A stretch of DNA of 64,000 nucleotides from Octopus vulgaris (Eukaryota), in contig OX597835.1 of NCBI GenBank assembly GCA_951406725.2, positions 23,002,001 to 23,066,000 of the forward strand. Direction: 5' to 3'. The notes under the pieces were generated by a model, which worked only from the letters and a program-made list of their open reading frames with translations, was not told the origin of the DNA and made no database searches. Positions 50,828-63,360 of this stretch are shown here, piece by piece (the first letter of the stretch is position 1; each line of letters opens with the position of its first letter). The position numbers and the translations under genes are program-made.

Positions 50828-51218
50828 TTTTTTCTTTTTCCTTGTTTCAGTCATTTTGACTGCGGCCATGCTGGAGCACCGCCTTTTAGTTGAGCAACTC
50901 GACCCCGGGACTTATTCTTTTGTAAGCCCAGTACTTATTCTATCGGTCTCTTTTGCCGAACTGCTAAGTGACTGGGACGTAAACACACCAGCATCGGTTG
51001 TCAAACAATGCTAGGGGGACAAACACAGACACACACATATATATATATATATACATATATACGACAGGCTTCTTTCAGTTTCCGTCTACCAAATCCACTC
51101 ACAAGGCATTGGTCGGCCCGGGGCTATAGCAGAAGACACTTGCCCAAGGTGCCATGCAGTGGGACTGAACCTGGAACCATGTGGTTGGTAAGCAAGCTAC
51201 TTACCACACAGCCACTCC
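50828..51218 (-). mobile_element. SINE family A
   Basis: Full-length copy, inverted relative to 50028-50462. Confidence 0.85.
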
Positions 51219-51982
51219 TTTTTTTTTCTTATACTTAGTTCAATCATTGGACTATGGTCATGCTGGGGCAACCCTATCACTTGATTGGAATACAGTGGGA
51301 TTGAACTGGAGACCAAGTGACCGAAACCATACTTCTGAAAGACACAGCCATGCCTGTACTTATAAATGAGACTATCACTGTAAAATTCTTCACAACAGGT
51401 GCAAGTATGGCTGTGTGGTAAGAAGCTTGCTTCCCAACCACATGGTTCTGGGTTCAGTCCCATTGTATGGCACCTTGTGCAAACATCTTCCACTATAACC
51501 TTGTGTGTGGATCTTGTGGATGGAAACTGAAAGATGCCCATCAAATATATGTGTGTGTGTGTAAGAATGCGTGTGTGTTTGTCTCCCACCACTGCTTGAA
51601 AACCAGCATGGGTGTGCTTACATCACTTAGCAGCTCAGCAAAAAGGGAACGATATAATAAGTACCAGGCTGAAACAAAAGAAAAAAGTAGTGGGGGGGGG
51701 GGAGTTGATTCATTCGACTAAAAGTTCTTTGAGGCAGCGCTCCAGCATGGCCACAGTCTAATGGCTGAAACAGATGAAAGAAACAACACTGTTACCAACA
51801 ACAATAACAACAACAAAACCAAAATTTTCGGAGAGGGTGCCAGTTGATTAGATCGACCACAGTACACAACTGGTACTTAATTTATCGACCCCCGAAAAGA
51901 TGAAAGGCAGAGTCGAGCTTGGCGGAATTTGAACTCAGAACGTAAAGACAGACGAAGTACCGCTAAGGATTTCACCTGGTGT

Positions 51983-52196
51983 TTACTCTCTCACTCTTTT
52001 ACTTGTTTCAGTCATTTGACTGCGGCCATGCTGGAGCACCGCCTTTAGTCGAGCAAATCGACCCCGGGACTTATTCTTTGTAAGCCCAGTACTTATTCTA
52101 TCGGTCTCTTTTTGCTGAACCGCTAAGTGACGGGGGACGTAAACACACCAGCATCGGTTGTCCAGCAATGCTAGGGGGACAAACACAGACACACAA

Positions 52197-52251
<55 letters not shown>

Positions 52252-52414
52252 TACGACAGGCTTCTTTCAGTTTCCGTCTACCAAATCCACTCACAAGGCA
52301 TTGGTCGGCCCAGGGCTATAGCAGAAGACACTTGCCCAAGATGCCACGCAGTGGGACTGAACCCGGAACTATGTGGTTGGTTAGCAAGCTACTTACCACA
52401 CAGCCACTCCTGCG
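51983..52414 (-). mobile_element. SINE family A nested in a family B copy
   Basis: Family B sequence resumes after 52415; ggtgt occurs on both flanks. Confidence 0.8.
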
Positions 52415-52475
52415 TTAGGTGTGCTAACGTTTCTGGCAGCTCCCCCCCCCCCACTTACAACAAAAATAATATTAC

Positions 52476-52633
52476 CTGATGAAATACGCCGGAGCTTAAA
52501 TGTTCCAGATAGTTCCAGTTTTCTAAATTCCTCTGCCTACTTGACTTTATCTTCTCTATCAAATTCTTGCAAATACGTTCAATATCAGGACTAACGTTTC
52601 TACTGCTGAAAAAATCCAGACTTCGTTCATCTG
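52476..52633 (-). CDS. SPAG17: SPAG17-like exon 4 (ADERSLDFFS...RNLENWNYLEHLSSGVFHQ)
   Basis: tttcag acceptor (duplicated, see findings), CAG|gtaat donor, phase 1 to 0; RxLxxWxxxEH motif. Confidence 0.88.
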
Positions 52634-52721
52634 CTGAAATAAAACAATCTGCTGAAATAAAACACACATGTGTGGTGGGGTATGTGTGCCTGGGTATGTA
52701 TGTGTGTGTGTGTATGTATGT

Positions 52722-52941
52722 TTCTTTATTACCCACAAGGGGCTAAACATAGAGGGGACAAACAGACGAATTAAGTCGATTACATCGACCCCAGTGCGTA
52801 ACTGGTACTTAATTTATCGACCCCGAAAGGATGAAAGGCAAAGTCGACCTCAGCAGAATTTGAACTCAGAATGTAACGGCAGACGAAATACGGTTACGCA
52901 GTTCGCCCCTGCGTGCTAACGGTTCTGCCAGCTCGCCGCCT
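52722..52941 (-). mobile_element. SINE family B
   Basis: Full-length copy. Confidence 0.8.
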
Positions 52942-52944
52942 TTT

Positions 52945-53265
52945 GTGTGTATGTACGTACGTACATACCTACGTATGTATATATGTATGTGTGGATATGT
53001 AAGTATATGTATGTATGTATATGGTGTGTATGTATGTGTGTAATTATATATGTATGTGGATATGTGTATGTGTGTGGATATGTATGTATGTGCATGTATA
53101 TATGTGTGTGTATGTATGTGTGTGGATATGCATGTATGCATGTGTGTGTGATGTATGTAGCTGTGCGTATATGTATGTGGGTATATATGTGTGTGGGTAT
53201 GTATGTGTGTGTATATGAGTATATGGGTTTGTATATATGTGGATATATATGAATGTATGTATGGG
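52945..53265. repeat. (GT/AT)n microsatellite field
   Basis: Direct inspection; similar fields at about 11170-11430, 14390-14720, 20997-21118 and 34395-34715. Confidence 0.9.
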
Positions 53266-53520
53266 TGTCATGGGTAATAACTTCAACCCTTTAGCATTTA
53301 AAATGGCCGGATCCTGCCTCTCACACCTACCCTATAATGTCATTATTAAAAGAAACAATCCCACCATCAAAATCTCAAAGCTATGAGGTGAATAAATAAA
53401 TATTACATTTCATAGAGTAATCTGAGAGATATAGGGTTAAACTGATAAAATGGTGAAGGAATTCTTTGAGGCATTGCCACAACAGGACTGCAGTCTGAAG
53501 CATGTAAAAGAAATGTACTG

Positions 53521-53786
53521 ATGCCAGCTCATTCACCTCCCAGCTGGTGCAAACGCACGGGCGGACAGCTGAAGACCCAGGCGACGACGATAAAGGAGGA
53601 CCTATCCGAACTCTCAGGTCCGCAGGTGGTCGGTCTGCGCAGATGGAACCGCAAATGGCTCGCTATCACCAGTGACCTTGCACGGAACCGTCGAGCGTGG
53701 GCCGCCATGGTTCGTGATGCCGTTAGGACCAGAGAAGAAGCCGGCTTAACCCACCCTGGGTGAACGCCGTCACAAGTACAAGTAAG
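53521..53786 (+). mobile_element. RTE-type LINE 3' end
   Basis: GGQLKT..TIKEDL...DLARNRRAWAAMVRDA; acaagt tail. Confidence 0.75.
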
Positions 53787-55939
53787 TTCATTCTTTGTGC
53801 TACTGGTAACCTGCAACCCAGTACAATCTGTTGCATGGCTGGATTGTTAGTTATTAAGCTGGTAACCCTACTAAGCCTGCTTGATAAGGACAGAAACGCA
53901 GAAAAGGAAATGTATAGAAATCAGTCAATGCTTTATGCCTGCCATATAATGCCTCATAACTTACTTTTTTTTTTTTAATTTTCAGCAAATTTTTATGAAT
54001 TTGTGTTCTACACATGAGAATTCATATGATTGAGCAAAAACCAAAACAAAAAAAAGTTTTTTGGTGCATGATTTAAGGCCTATTTAAGTTGTTATTTTTA
54101 GCACATCTCACAACCAGTTTTGTTTGTCAGTCTGACATGTTGATGTTTTTCAAAGTCTGTTTCAAAAACATTCGATGGGCTATTGCTGAGGTTCAAGCCA
54201 AAAATTTTGAAATCTATATTTTAAACTGTAATTTAAAAAAAAAATTCGAAAAATTTTTTTAAAATTTTCTTTTATAGTCATGTGAATTCCTGTGTGTAGA
54301 ACACAAATTTGCAAAATTTTTCTGAAAATTGTAAAAAATAAAAAAAGTTTTGATGTGTTATATCATCATCATCGTTTAACGTCCACCGTCCATGCTGGCA
54401 TGGGTGGGACGGTGTGTGCAAAGGCAGAATTCTGCCAAATCAACAGCCATCCAACAGCTGGAGAGAGAGACTCCTTGTCTGTGTTTAGACATCTCTTCAG
54501 GACAAAAAAAATCTGACGTAACACTTGTAATTTCGTTTGCATCCAATGATGTGGAATAGATCTTCCTTTTGGGCAAATGTGGTTTAGGGAATGGGAGTGA
54601 CCCTCTACAAGGCCTTTCAACACTTCAAAAAAGCTTCAGGCACAGGTGTCGCTTGATTTTTAATGTCTCCATTATATGTTGCATACTATGGTTGGCTGTA
54701 ACTGAAAAATCAAAATACTCAATGAGAAATTCCATGACTGGCATTCCATCGCTTACAACAACGAGAGTTCCACTTGATCGGATCGATGGAACAGCCTGCT
54801 CAGAAAGTTAACACGCAAGTGGCTGAGCACTCCACAGGTAGGCATACTCTTAACTAATTCCTCAAGGATATTCAGTGTGACACACAATGTGATCAGGCTG
54901 GTCCTTTGAAATGCAGGTACAACTCATGTCTGACAGCTGAGGGAACTGGATCAATGTGAAATAGAGTGTCTTGCTCAAGGACACAACTTACCACCTAGTA
55001 TGAAACTCAAAACCTTACAACTGCAAACCGACATGACCTCACGATTGAGGGCCAAATACACTGTGCCATGTGCCATGATGGAATGAAGATGTGTGACAGT
55101 GTAGGTGGTAAGCCCTCTGAACACCTACTGCAAGTGGTGCCCATCACTGTCACATCTGTACAAAAAGAGTGTAGGTCTCTAGTTCAAGTGATGGCATTGC
55201 ACAAATGTGACACTATCTAAGCTTCAACTGACCAATGGAGAGGAAGGACATGCAGTTTTGGCCCACACCCTCTTCAAACCTTCCCTCCAGCAGTGTCATG
55301 CTAGTTTCAGTTCCAGTAGCCAGAGCAGACTAGCTGTCTGCTGGTACAAGGCTTCGAACCAGGAGGAGGGCGTGCAATGAACAAGATGGTTTCCTTGGCC
55401 CACCTGTCAAGCAGCAATGCTGTTTAAGCAATGCCAGCCAGCCTCACCTGGTGATGCTATTTCCCAGTCAGCATGTTATGGCTTTTGAGCCATTTTGGGT
55501 CTTCCCGTTTCAGCCATATTTAGAAGCTGGCTTTGTCAACTGCCTCCTGTATCCTTCTTATTACTGTTCTCAGCTCTGCGCTCAAAAATGCAAACCTTTT
55601 AAATAACATCACCATTTTCCTTTCTCAACCAGTGATACTCAACTGGGGTTCACATGACTCTTGGGAATCCACGTAACCCTTAAGGACCCACAAGATTTTG
55701 TCGTTAAAATTTATGTACAACAAATTGGTTATATTTGTACAGTACTCAAAATTTTTTAACAATTTTTTTGTAAGTAACCACATCAAAATGGCTGTTCCAT
55801 GGGGTATGCCCTGGCACTTGCCACCATCTATATCTCTCTCTCTGCCTTTACTCGACCAGCTCATTTATATTCTGATCCCAACCCCTTGTAATATAAAGCT
55901 TTCTTTTTGTAAGTCCCAAGTCACTCTGGTGGTCGAGAA

Positions 55940-56622
55940 CAACTGAGGGCAGTGAAACATGGGCTACGACTACAGAGGACCTGCGAAGGCTTGGAGGAAA
56001 TGAAACTAGCACACTCCACTGGATGAGTAATGTCAGTGTGCACACATGACAGATTGTAAATGATTTAAGAGGGAAGCTGGGTATAAGAAGCATCAGATTT
56101 TGTGTGCAAGAGAGAAGATTATGCTGGTTTGGTCATGTGATGCATATGGATGAGGACAGCTGCATAAAGAAGTGCCGAGCTCTAATTGTGGAGGGAACCT
56201 GCAGAAGGGGTAAACCCAGGAAGACATGGGACAAGGTGGTGAGAAAGGATCTTCGGATGTTGGATGTCACTAAGGAAATGACAAAGTATCAGGAGAAGTG
56301 GCAATTTGCTGTACTTGAGAAGACACATCAAGTAAAATCGCTATCATACAGGTTTGTCCTTTACAGATTCTGGTGCCACAAAAAAAAACCAAAAAACTTG
56401 TGCCTGTGCTACATAAATACACCCATGCCAGTGGCATGTAAAAAGCACCCAGCACGTTCTGTAAAGTGGCTGGTGTTAGGAAAAGCATCCAGCTGTAGAA
56501 ACCATGCCACATCAGACAGTTGGAGCCAGAGCAGCTCCCCAGCTGGCCAGTTCCTGTCAAACTGTCCAACCCATGCTAGCATGGAAAACAGACATTAAAC
56601 AAAGGTGGTCATGATGATGATG
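55940..56622 (+). mobile_element. RTE-type LINE 3' end with 3' UTR and (GAT)n tail
   Basis: RRLCWFGHVMHM...VEG...RGKPRKTW; UTR motif GGAAGGGCATCCAGC occurs in many short copies across the window. Confidence 0.85.
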
Positions 56623-56639
56623 TATCATATATGATACAT

Positions 56640-56997
56640 CATCTGAGCACCTTTTTCAAACTCCACCCGTCTAACACCCGTGGACATAATTACAAAGTCA
56701 GAAAACAGCACAGCTCCCATGACTTTAGGAAACATTTTTTCACGCTGAGAGTTGCTGAAGCATAGAACAAACTGCCGGCATCAGTTGTTAGTTGTCGGAG
56801 CACTGCATCCTTCAAAACTTCCATGCTTTCTGAGGTTCGCCAACACTACACCTGATTTTCTCCCCTCCATACACACACAAACATGTATCTGACTCATACA
56901 TTGTTCGCTTTCCAGACTTTAAACGCACTTTCTGACAAGTTGTGGTGCACCTCAGCACTGTATACAATAATTTCATTATTATTATTATTATTATTAT
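56640..56997 (+). mobile_element. CR1-type LINE 3' end (second copy about 59478-59810)
   Basis: TRGHNYKVRKQH...HFFTLRVAEA.NKLP; (ATT)n tail. Confidence 0.8.
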
Positions 56998-57198
56998 ATG
57001 TGACACACAGACACCAGAGAGACATATGTCCTGTGTATCAAATGTGATGCAGAGGAGAGACAAAAGGTTGAATTAAAACAATGTGAATAAAGAAGTATTA
57101 CATATCATAGTAATCTGAATGTTAACAGGTTAATTGAAGAATCTGAGTGAATGAGTTTGTCATATAATGGAAAGTAACTCCTTCTGGTGGTGACCTAC

Positions 57199-57300
57199 CT
57201 GACGAGTGACGCCTGTACAACGTAGGTTTCCCACTGCCTCCCAGGGAATTTGCTAGGGCAGAGTCAAGTGATATGGTCGAAGCTGTTTGAGTAGTTTGCA
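57199..57300 (-). CDS. SPAG17: SPAG17-like exon 3 (QTTQTASTISLDS...RRHSS)
   Basis: caatag acceptor, G|gtaggt donor, 102 nt, phase 1 to 1; low-conservation linker. Confidence 0.7.
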
Positions 57301-57963
57301 CTATTGGTGAAGACAGTAAAGACATTTATGTTAATTTCACAGCTCAGGAAGGGCATAGCAAAAAAAGTGCAGATGTCGTAGAAATTTTTTAACAATTTTT
57401 CTGGCCCAAGGATTATCCTCTTTAATACTAGTGATTGGTTCTGCACGACCAAACTGCTTCAACAATTTCTATACAACTAGACTTATCCCTCTATCATACT
57501 TTAACTTCTCAACACTTGGCATTAAGCCACTTCCCTCAATATTACACCCCCCTCCTTCACAACTGAGGTGGGGGGGGTCTTGTCTTGTGAGTTTCCTGGT
57601 GATCTCAATGGTGCCAGTACCATGTAAAAAGCACTCACTATACTTTGTGAAATGGTTGGTGCTAGGAAGGACGTCCAACTGTAGAAACCCTGCCAAGGCA
57701 AACACCAGGCCTTGGCACACTCCTCTTGCTAAGCAATTCCTGCCAAGTGACCCAATAAGCACAAACCCATATGCTTCTGAAACATTCACAATACAACACA
57801 CTACAGATATTACACAATCAGATGTGAGTTATAACAAGAGTTATCTTTCCTTACAAGTTATTCACTATGCTTGTGTGTGCAAAAACAATGGACATCAATA
57901 AAGCAGTGTTGCTGCTACCATATTGAGAATGGTCATGTAAGCAGTTTTATATACGTTTATAAA

Positions 57964-58273
57964 CTAGTAGCAGTATCGCCCGGCATTGCTCGGGTTTGTA
58001 AGGGAAATAACTATATAAGCATTTTTAGAGAGTTACTTCCCTTATATAACCCGAGCAAAAATCATTAAAAATGCGGAAAAATGATGGTAAATGTTTTTTA
58101 AAATTGTAGACTCATCATAGACGTGTGCTAATACCTAGAAGGGCTTGATATGAATGACGACTATAAGATACCTGCTTTTGGTTAAACTGCACTGCAAAAT
58201 GTGGGAGTAGTTAGGAATCTAAATCGGAGGAGACAGAGTCTCACACACACAACTTCAATTTTATATATAAAGA
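57964..58273 (-). mobile_element. Non-autonomous Helitron
   Basis: Same hairpin and CTAG end on the minus strand, TC start. Confidence 0.75.
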
Positions 58274-58639
58274 TGATACACAGTGCATATCATCATCACG
58301 ATCATCATTTAATTCACTTTCCATACTGGAATGGGTTGAACAGTTCCTCAATAACTGATAAGTCAAAAGACTGTGCTGAGCTCTAATGTCTGTTTTGATA
58401 TGGTTTATACAGCTGGATGCAGCCCGTCTGAATACCAACCATTTTAACTTCTCAACACTTGGCATTAAGCCACTTCCCTCAAGTGAGTACTGGGTGTTTT
58501 TTTCTTGATGCCACCACTAGCCAGTGTCACCAAGTAACTTGCAAGACAAAACACCTCGACTGAGTGGAGTACAGTATTGAAAGGGTGAAAGAGTAGATGT
58601 CCTGCTGAAGAAGAGACACATGGCTGGGTGGACAGGTGG

Positions 58640-59140
58640 ACAGGAAGCTTGGTGGATGAATGACAAAGGAAAGTAGGTGGTATGGGTTGCATGGATGGAT
58701 ACATGCCTGGATGGAGGAATGGATGCATGGAAGGATGGATGGATGCATGCATGGAAGAATGGATGGATGGAAGGATAGAAAGACAGAAGGATGGATGCAT
58801 GGATGGAAGGACAGATGCATAGATGGATGAATGAATGGAGGGGTGGGTGGATGCATGGATGGATAGATGGAAGGATGAATGCAGGGATGGACGGAAGGAT
58901 GGATCCAGGAATGGACAGAAGGATGGATGCATGGATGGATGGAAGGACAACTGCATGGAAAGTGGATGCATGGAAGGATGGACATATGCATGGATGGAAG
59001 GACTGATGCATGGAAGGACAGATGAATGGATGAATGAGTGCATGGATGGATGGAAGGTGGGTACATGGATGGATTAATGGAAAGATGGTTGCAGGGATGG
59101 ATGCATGGATGAATGAATGGTTGGGTGGGTGGGGTGGATA
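58640..59140. repeat. Degenerate (GGAT)n simple repeat
   Basis: Direct inspection; explains the overlapping H/P/S-rich ORFs. Confidence 0.9.
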
Positions 59141-59189
59141 AGTGTGTGAATGACAGATGAGCACAACAGAGAGTGAAATAAAGACATAC

Positions 59190-59369
59190 ACGACTTATTA
59201 CTGAACTCAACTCCTTCGTATTCAGGGAAGACATTTTGTTCCAACAGGAATATTGGGTGGTCCCATGCATTGTAATTGGGAAGTTTGTATGGCTGAAGCA
59301 GACCTTCCTTGTCCACGTGTGGTAGTTGTAATGTCTGAAAGACATTTTGTTGCAAGACAAAATTCACCA
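59190..59369 (-). CDS. SPAG17: SPAG17-like exon 2 (MVNFVLQQNVFQTLQLPHVDKEG...AWDHP...)
   Basis: Strong polypyrimidine ttttcag acceptor, donor gtatgt, phase 1 to 1; resembles the SPAG17 FESL..VDEKG..PWDNP motif. Confidence 0.85.
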
Positions 59370-59857
59370 CTGAAAAGAGAAAAGAAAATGAAATTAAACA
59401 TTAGAAAAAAAATTATTTCTTTTTAAAAGGAAGGAAAACTTCAAAACAAAAACAACCATCGCACAAACAATAACTCTGAGCACCTCTTCAAACTCCACCC
59501 ATCTAACACCCGTGGACATATTTACAAAGTAAGAAAACAGCACAGCTCCCATGACTTCCGGAAACATTTTTTCACGCTGAGAGTTGCTGAAGCATGGAAC
59601 AAACTGCCGGCATCGGTTGTTAGTTGTCAGAGCACTGCATCCTTCAAAACTTCCATGCTTCCTGAGATTTGCCAACACTACACTTGATACACACACAAGC
59701 ATGTTCACTTTCCAGACATTTCTACATTACTGCATGTACTTTATATGCACTTTCTGACAAGTTGTGGTGCACCTGAGCACTGTATACAATAATTTCATTA
59801 TTATTATTAAATATTGAAGGAAACCTTGTACCTGTGTGAGAGGCCTAAAAGATAATA

Positions 59858-59998
59858 TAAGGTTGTCCCAAAAGTTCGTAGAAAGTCTTGGAAAATAATG
59901 GTCTTTATTTTGAGAAATAATTTTAGTTGTTTTTGTTTGTACTTGGCGAGTAAAAATTCAATTTTCGCAAGTGTTTACGAACTTTTGGGACAACCTAA
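59858..59998. mobile_element. Small mariner-type MITE
   Basis: TIRs AGGTTGTCCCAAAAGTTCGTA, TA flanks. Confidence 0.8.
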
Positions 59999-61437
59999 TA
60001 ATAATAATAATAATCCTTTCTATTAAAGGCACAAGGCTTAAAATTTTGGGGGAGGGGGACTAGTCAATTACACTGACCCCAGTGTTTCACTGGTACTTAA
60101 TTTATTGACCAGCTCACTGCCTTCACATAATAAAGATAATAGTTTCAGATTTTGGCAAAAGGCTAGCAAGTTCAGGTGAGGAAAGTAAGTCGATTACATC
60201 AACCCCAGTACTCAACTGGTACTTATCTCACTGATTCTGAAAAGATGAAAGGTAAAGTCAACCTCGGCAGAATTTGAACTCAGAATGTGAAGACAGACGA
60301 AATGCTGCTAAGCATTTTACCCAGCATGTTAACGATTCTGCCACCTCACCACCTTAATAATAATAATAACGGTTTCAAATTTTGCCACAAGAGCAGCCAT
60401 TTTGGGGGAAGGGATAAGACAATTACACTGACCCCAGTATTTTACTGGTACTTAATTTATCGACCCCAAAAGATGACAGGCAAAGTCAACCATGGCAGAA
60501 TTTGAACTCAGAACTTGAAGACAGGCGAAATACCAATAAGCACTTTGCCCAGCGTGCTAATGATTCTGCCATCATAACAACAATCATAACTTCTTCAAGT
60601 AGAGAAGAGGGGATAAAACCAGTTTATAGTCAGTTATACCAACCCTAGTGTTTTACTGGTACTTTATTACATCAACCCTGAAAGGGCAAAAAGTGGGATC
60701 TGAGTCCAAATTGTGCCGAGGTCAATTTTGCCTTTCCTCCTTTCAGGGTTGATAAAATAAGCAGCAGTGGAACACTAGGGTCAATGTAATTGACTAGCGC
60801 TCTTCCGCAAAATTTCAGGCCTTGTACCTACGGTCAAAAGGATTATTATTAGTATTATAAGGGCAGTGGACCAGCAGGCAAGATACTTCGCAGCATTTGT
60901 TTCAGTTCTTTACGTTTTATGTTCAAATCTCACTGAGGAAAAGTTCCCCTTTTGCTCTTTCAGGGCTGATGAAATAAACATGTCAGGTCACAGCTAGATG
61001 CCCCTCCTAATGCCAACCACTTTACAGAACATACTGGGTGCTTTTTGCATGGCACCAGAACTGATGGGATTACCAAGTAACTTGCAAGACAAAGGGCTCC
61101 TTTCAATTTCCTTCAACCAAATCCACTCACAGGGCTATAGTAGAAGACACTTGCCCAAGGTGCCATGTAATGGGACTGAACCTGAAACTGTGATTGAGAA
61201 TCAAACTTCTTAACCACACAGCCATGCCTGCATTTCATTTGCATATAATTAATGTACAAATTATTACTCATGGAACCCCTAGAAAACTGATGGAATCCCA
61301 GGCTTCTGAGGAAAGTTCACCTGCAAAATGTTCATCAAGAACAACAGGTGTGCTTCTTTTACAAACGCTAAGATAAAAGTAAAACTCACTATTAAAGGTA
61401 ATACTTCTTTTACAAAGACTAAAATCAAAGAACTCAC

Positions 61438-61702
61438 TTTTATGAGAAGTGCCATCTTTTGAGCAGAAGTGAAGAAATTCACGAGCTTCTGCCTCCACGA
61501 TATGCCTCAGCGCTGTGACTGGAAAATGTTCAATTCTAGAGAAACCAAACTTATCCAACATTTTGTCTACAACAGTATTTGGTACAAAATCATGGAAAGA
61601 TTTCAAGTGATGGAAAAGCTTGCTGCTTTCATCCTGGTAACTGATTAGCCTCAATGGTTCTTCCTTGGGAACTTCTTTCTCTTCCAACTTATCATCAATC
61701 AC
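61438..61702 (-). CDS. SPAG17: SPAG17-like exon 1 of 22 in window (VIDDKLEE...KDGTSHK)
   Basis: Acceptor ttatag|GTG, donor A|gtgagt, phase 0 to 1; joins the next exon in frame. Confidence 0.8.
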
Positions 61703-61942
61703 CTATAACCAATCAATTAATCAACAAATCAGAAAACCAGAGTCTAACATTCCATGCTAACTATTTTAGACAAAATTACAATTCAATTGCATTCCTTAAA
61801 GTTCTGCTTTCACAAACATCCAAATCTGTCAGTTCACCAACAAGTTTCATTCTCCCTATCTACCTACCTGTTTATCTATCTATCTCTCTCTGTCTTCTGA
61901 CTCGTCTACCTGAATATCTCTCTTTCTACCTGAGTATCTACC

Positions 61943-61973
<31 letters not shown>

Positions 61974-62594
61974 CTGATACCTATACTTTTCTCTCTGTAC
62001 CAACTACCAATCTATCTCACTGCACCATCCTACCTTCTTACCTCCCTACTAATCTGTGTATTAACTGCTTGATGGTTAATGGGTTCAAGGAGGAGCAAGA
62101 ATTCCTGAAATATCTACATACACCCATCACCTATTTTTCTACCTTCAATTGCATTGTTTAGACAGATGTACTTGTATACAGAATCTTGTAACTTTCAGTG
62201 TTGGCTCTAAATTCTACAGAAAATCTGTAGAGATACTATTAAAAATGAATTACCTATCTATCTATCATTTTTTCCCTATTTCTCTCTCTGTCTGTCTGTT
62301 TCTTTCTGTCTATCTATCTGTCTCTGTCTCTCTCTGATGATGATGGCAATCCCTCAAGGTCAAGGATGATGGTCTTCGCGCAAATTTACTGGTGAGTCCG
62401 TAGGTGACCGATAAGACCAATTCTTGCTTGAAAAGATCGGTCGCAGTGCAGACATCTAGTGCCGGAAGGGAGAGTCGCACGTGGTTGTTGTTGGCGCTCC
62501 TTCCGTCGTCGTCTTTTCTCCTCTTTCGATACGTGTGATAAATGCCAATACAGGAAATTCTCAAACCTTGAGTTACTACATTGCTTCTGCTAAA

Positions 62595-62989
62595 TCTCTC
62601 TATATATAAAGCTGAAGTTATCTGTGTGTGGCAGGTTTGGTAGCCTTCAACTAACACTATCTCCTCCGAGTTTCTGTGGCGCAAGTTGACAAAAATTTAG
62701 AGTATAATAGAAGAAGGCTTGCTCTTCCTTCCGTAGAAGAAAAAATTCAAATCGGACCATGTTAACACCAAAAATGATTTACATCATAAAGGTGCTTTTT
62801 TTTTTTTATGAAAATCCCTATTTTTTATGATTTTTTTACTGCTGTATCACCATTTTTTGGTGTATTTCAACCAGAAAAATGTTCACTTAAAGAGAATAAC
62901 AAGCTACATAATGCAAAATTTTTACTTTTCAAAATTTCCAATTCTAAAGGGTTGAAACAAACCCGAGCAACACCGGGTGATACTGCTAG
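62595..62989 (+). mobile_element. Non-autonomous Helitron
   Basis: TC start, CCCGAGCAACACCGGG hairpin, CTAG|T end. Confidence 0.8.
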
Positions 62990-63059
62990 TATTAATAAAA
63001 ATATACATATATTCATATTTTGAGTTCTATTTTTCCTGTTTCCTGTAGCTTGGTGTGGT

Positions 63060-63360
63060 GGTAATTTGTGACGATGTCCTTCACTCTAGTTCTATCCCTG
63101 ATCTCCTCATACCAGATGTGATCTCTTAGCGAGATTCACAACACTGACCTTTCCATGGCTCTCTGTACCATAAGCAGATGTTGTTGTTCTCTCTTCATCA
63201 AGGACCAACTCTCACATATGTATAGCATTGCAGGCATGACTGTCCTGTTGAAGAGATTGGTACAGGTTGCCTTGTCTAGGTTCACCTTCAGCACATCCTT
63301 CATTGAGCTGAATCTTCTCCATCCGGCTCTTACCCTCACAGTCACTTCTTCATTGTCAGG
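63060..63360 (-). mobile_element. RTE-type LINE remnant
   Basis: RVRAGWRRF...LFNRTVMPAMLY.CESW...QRAMERS. Confidence 0.8.

Noticed and set aside
58465-59191. Overlapping 190-280-aa HPS-rich ORFs
   Set aside because: (GGAT)n repeat translations; only 59190-59369 is exonic
61320-61367. Mini-exon TFVKEAHLLFLMNILQ after a 70-nt intron
   Set aside because: It would end in phase 0 and break the frame with exon 2, which joins 61438 directly
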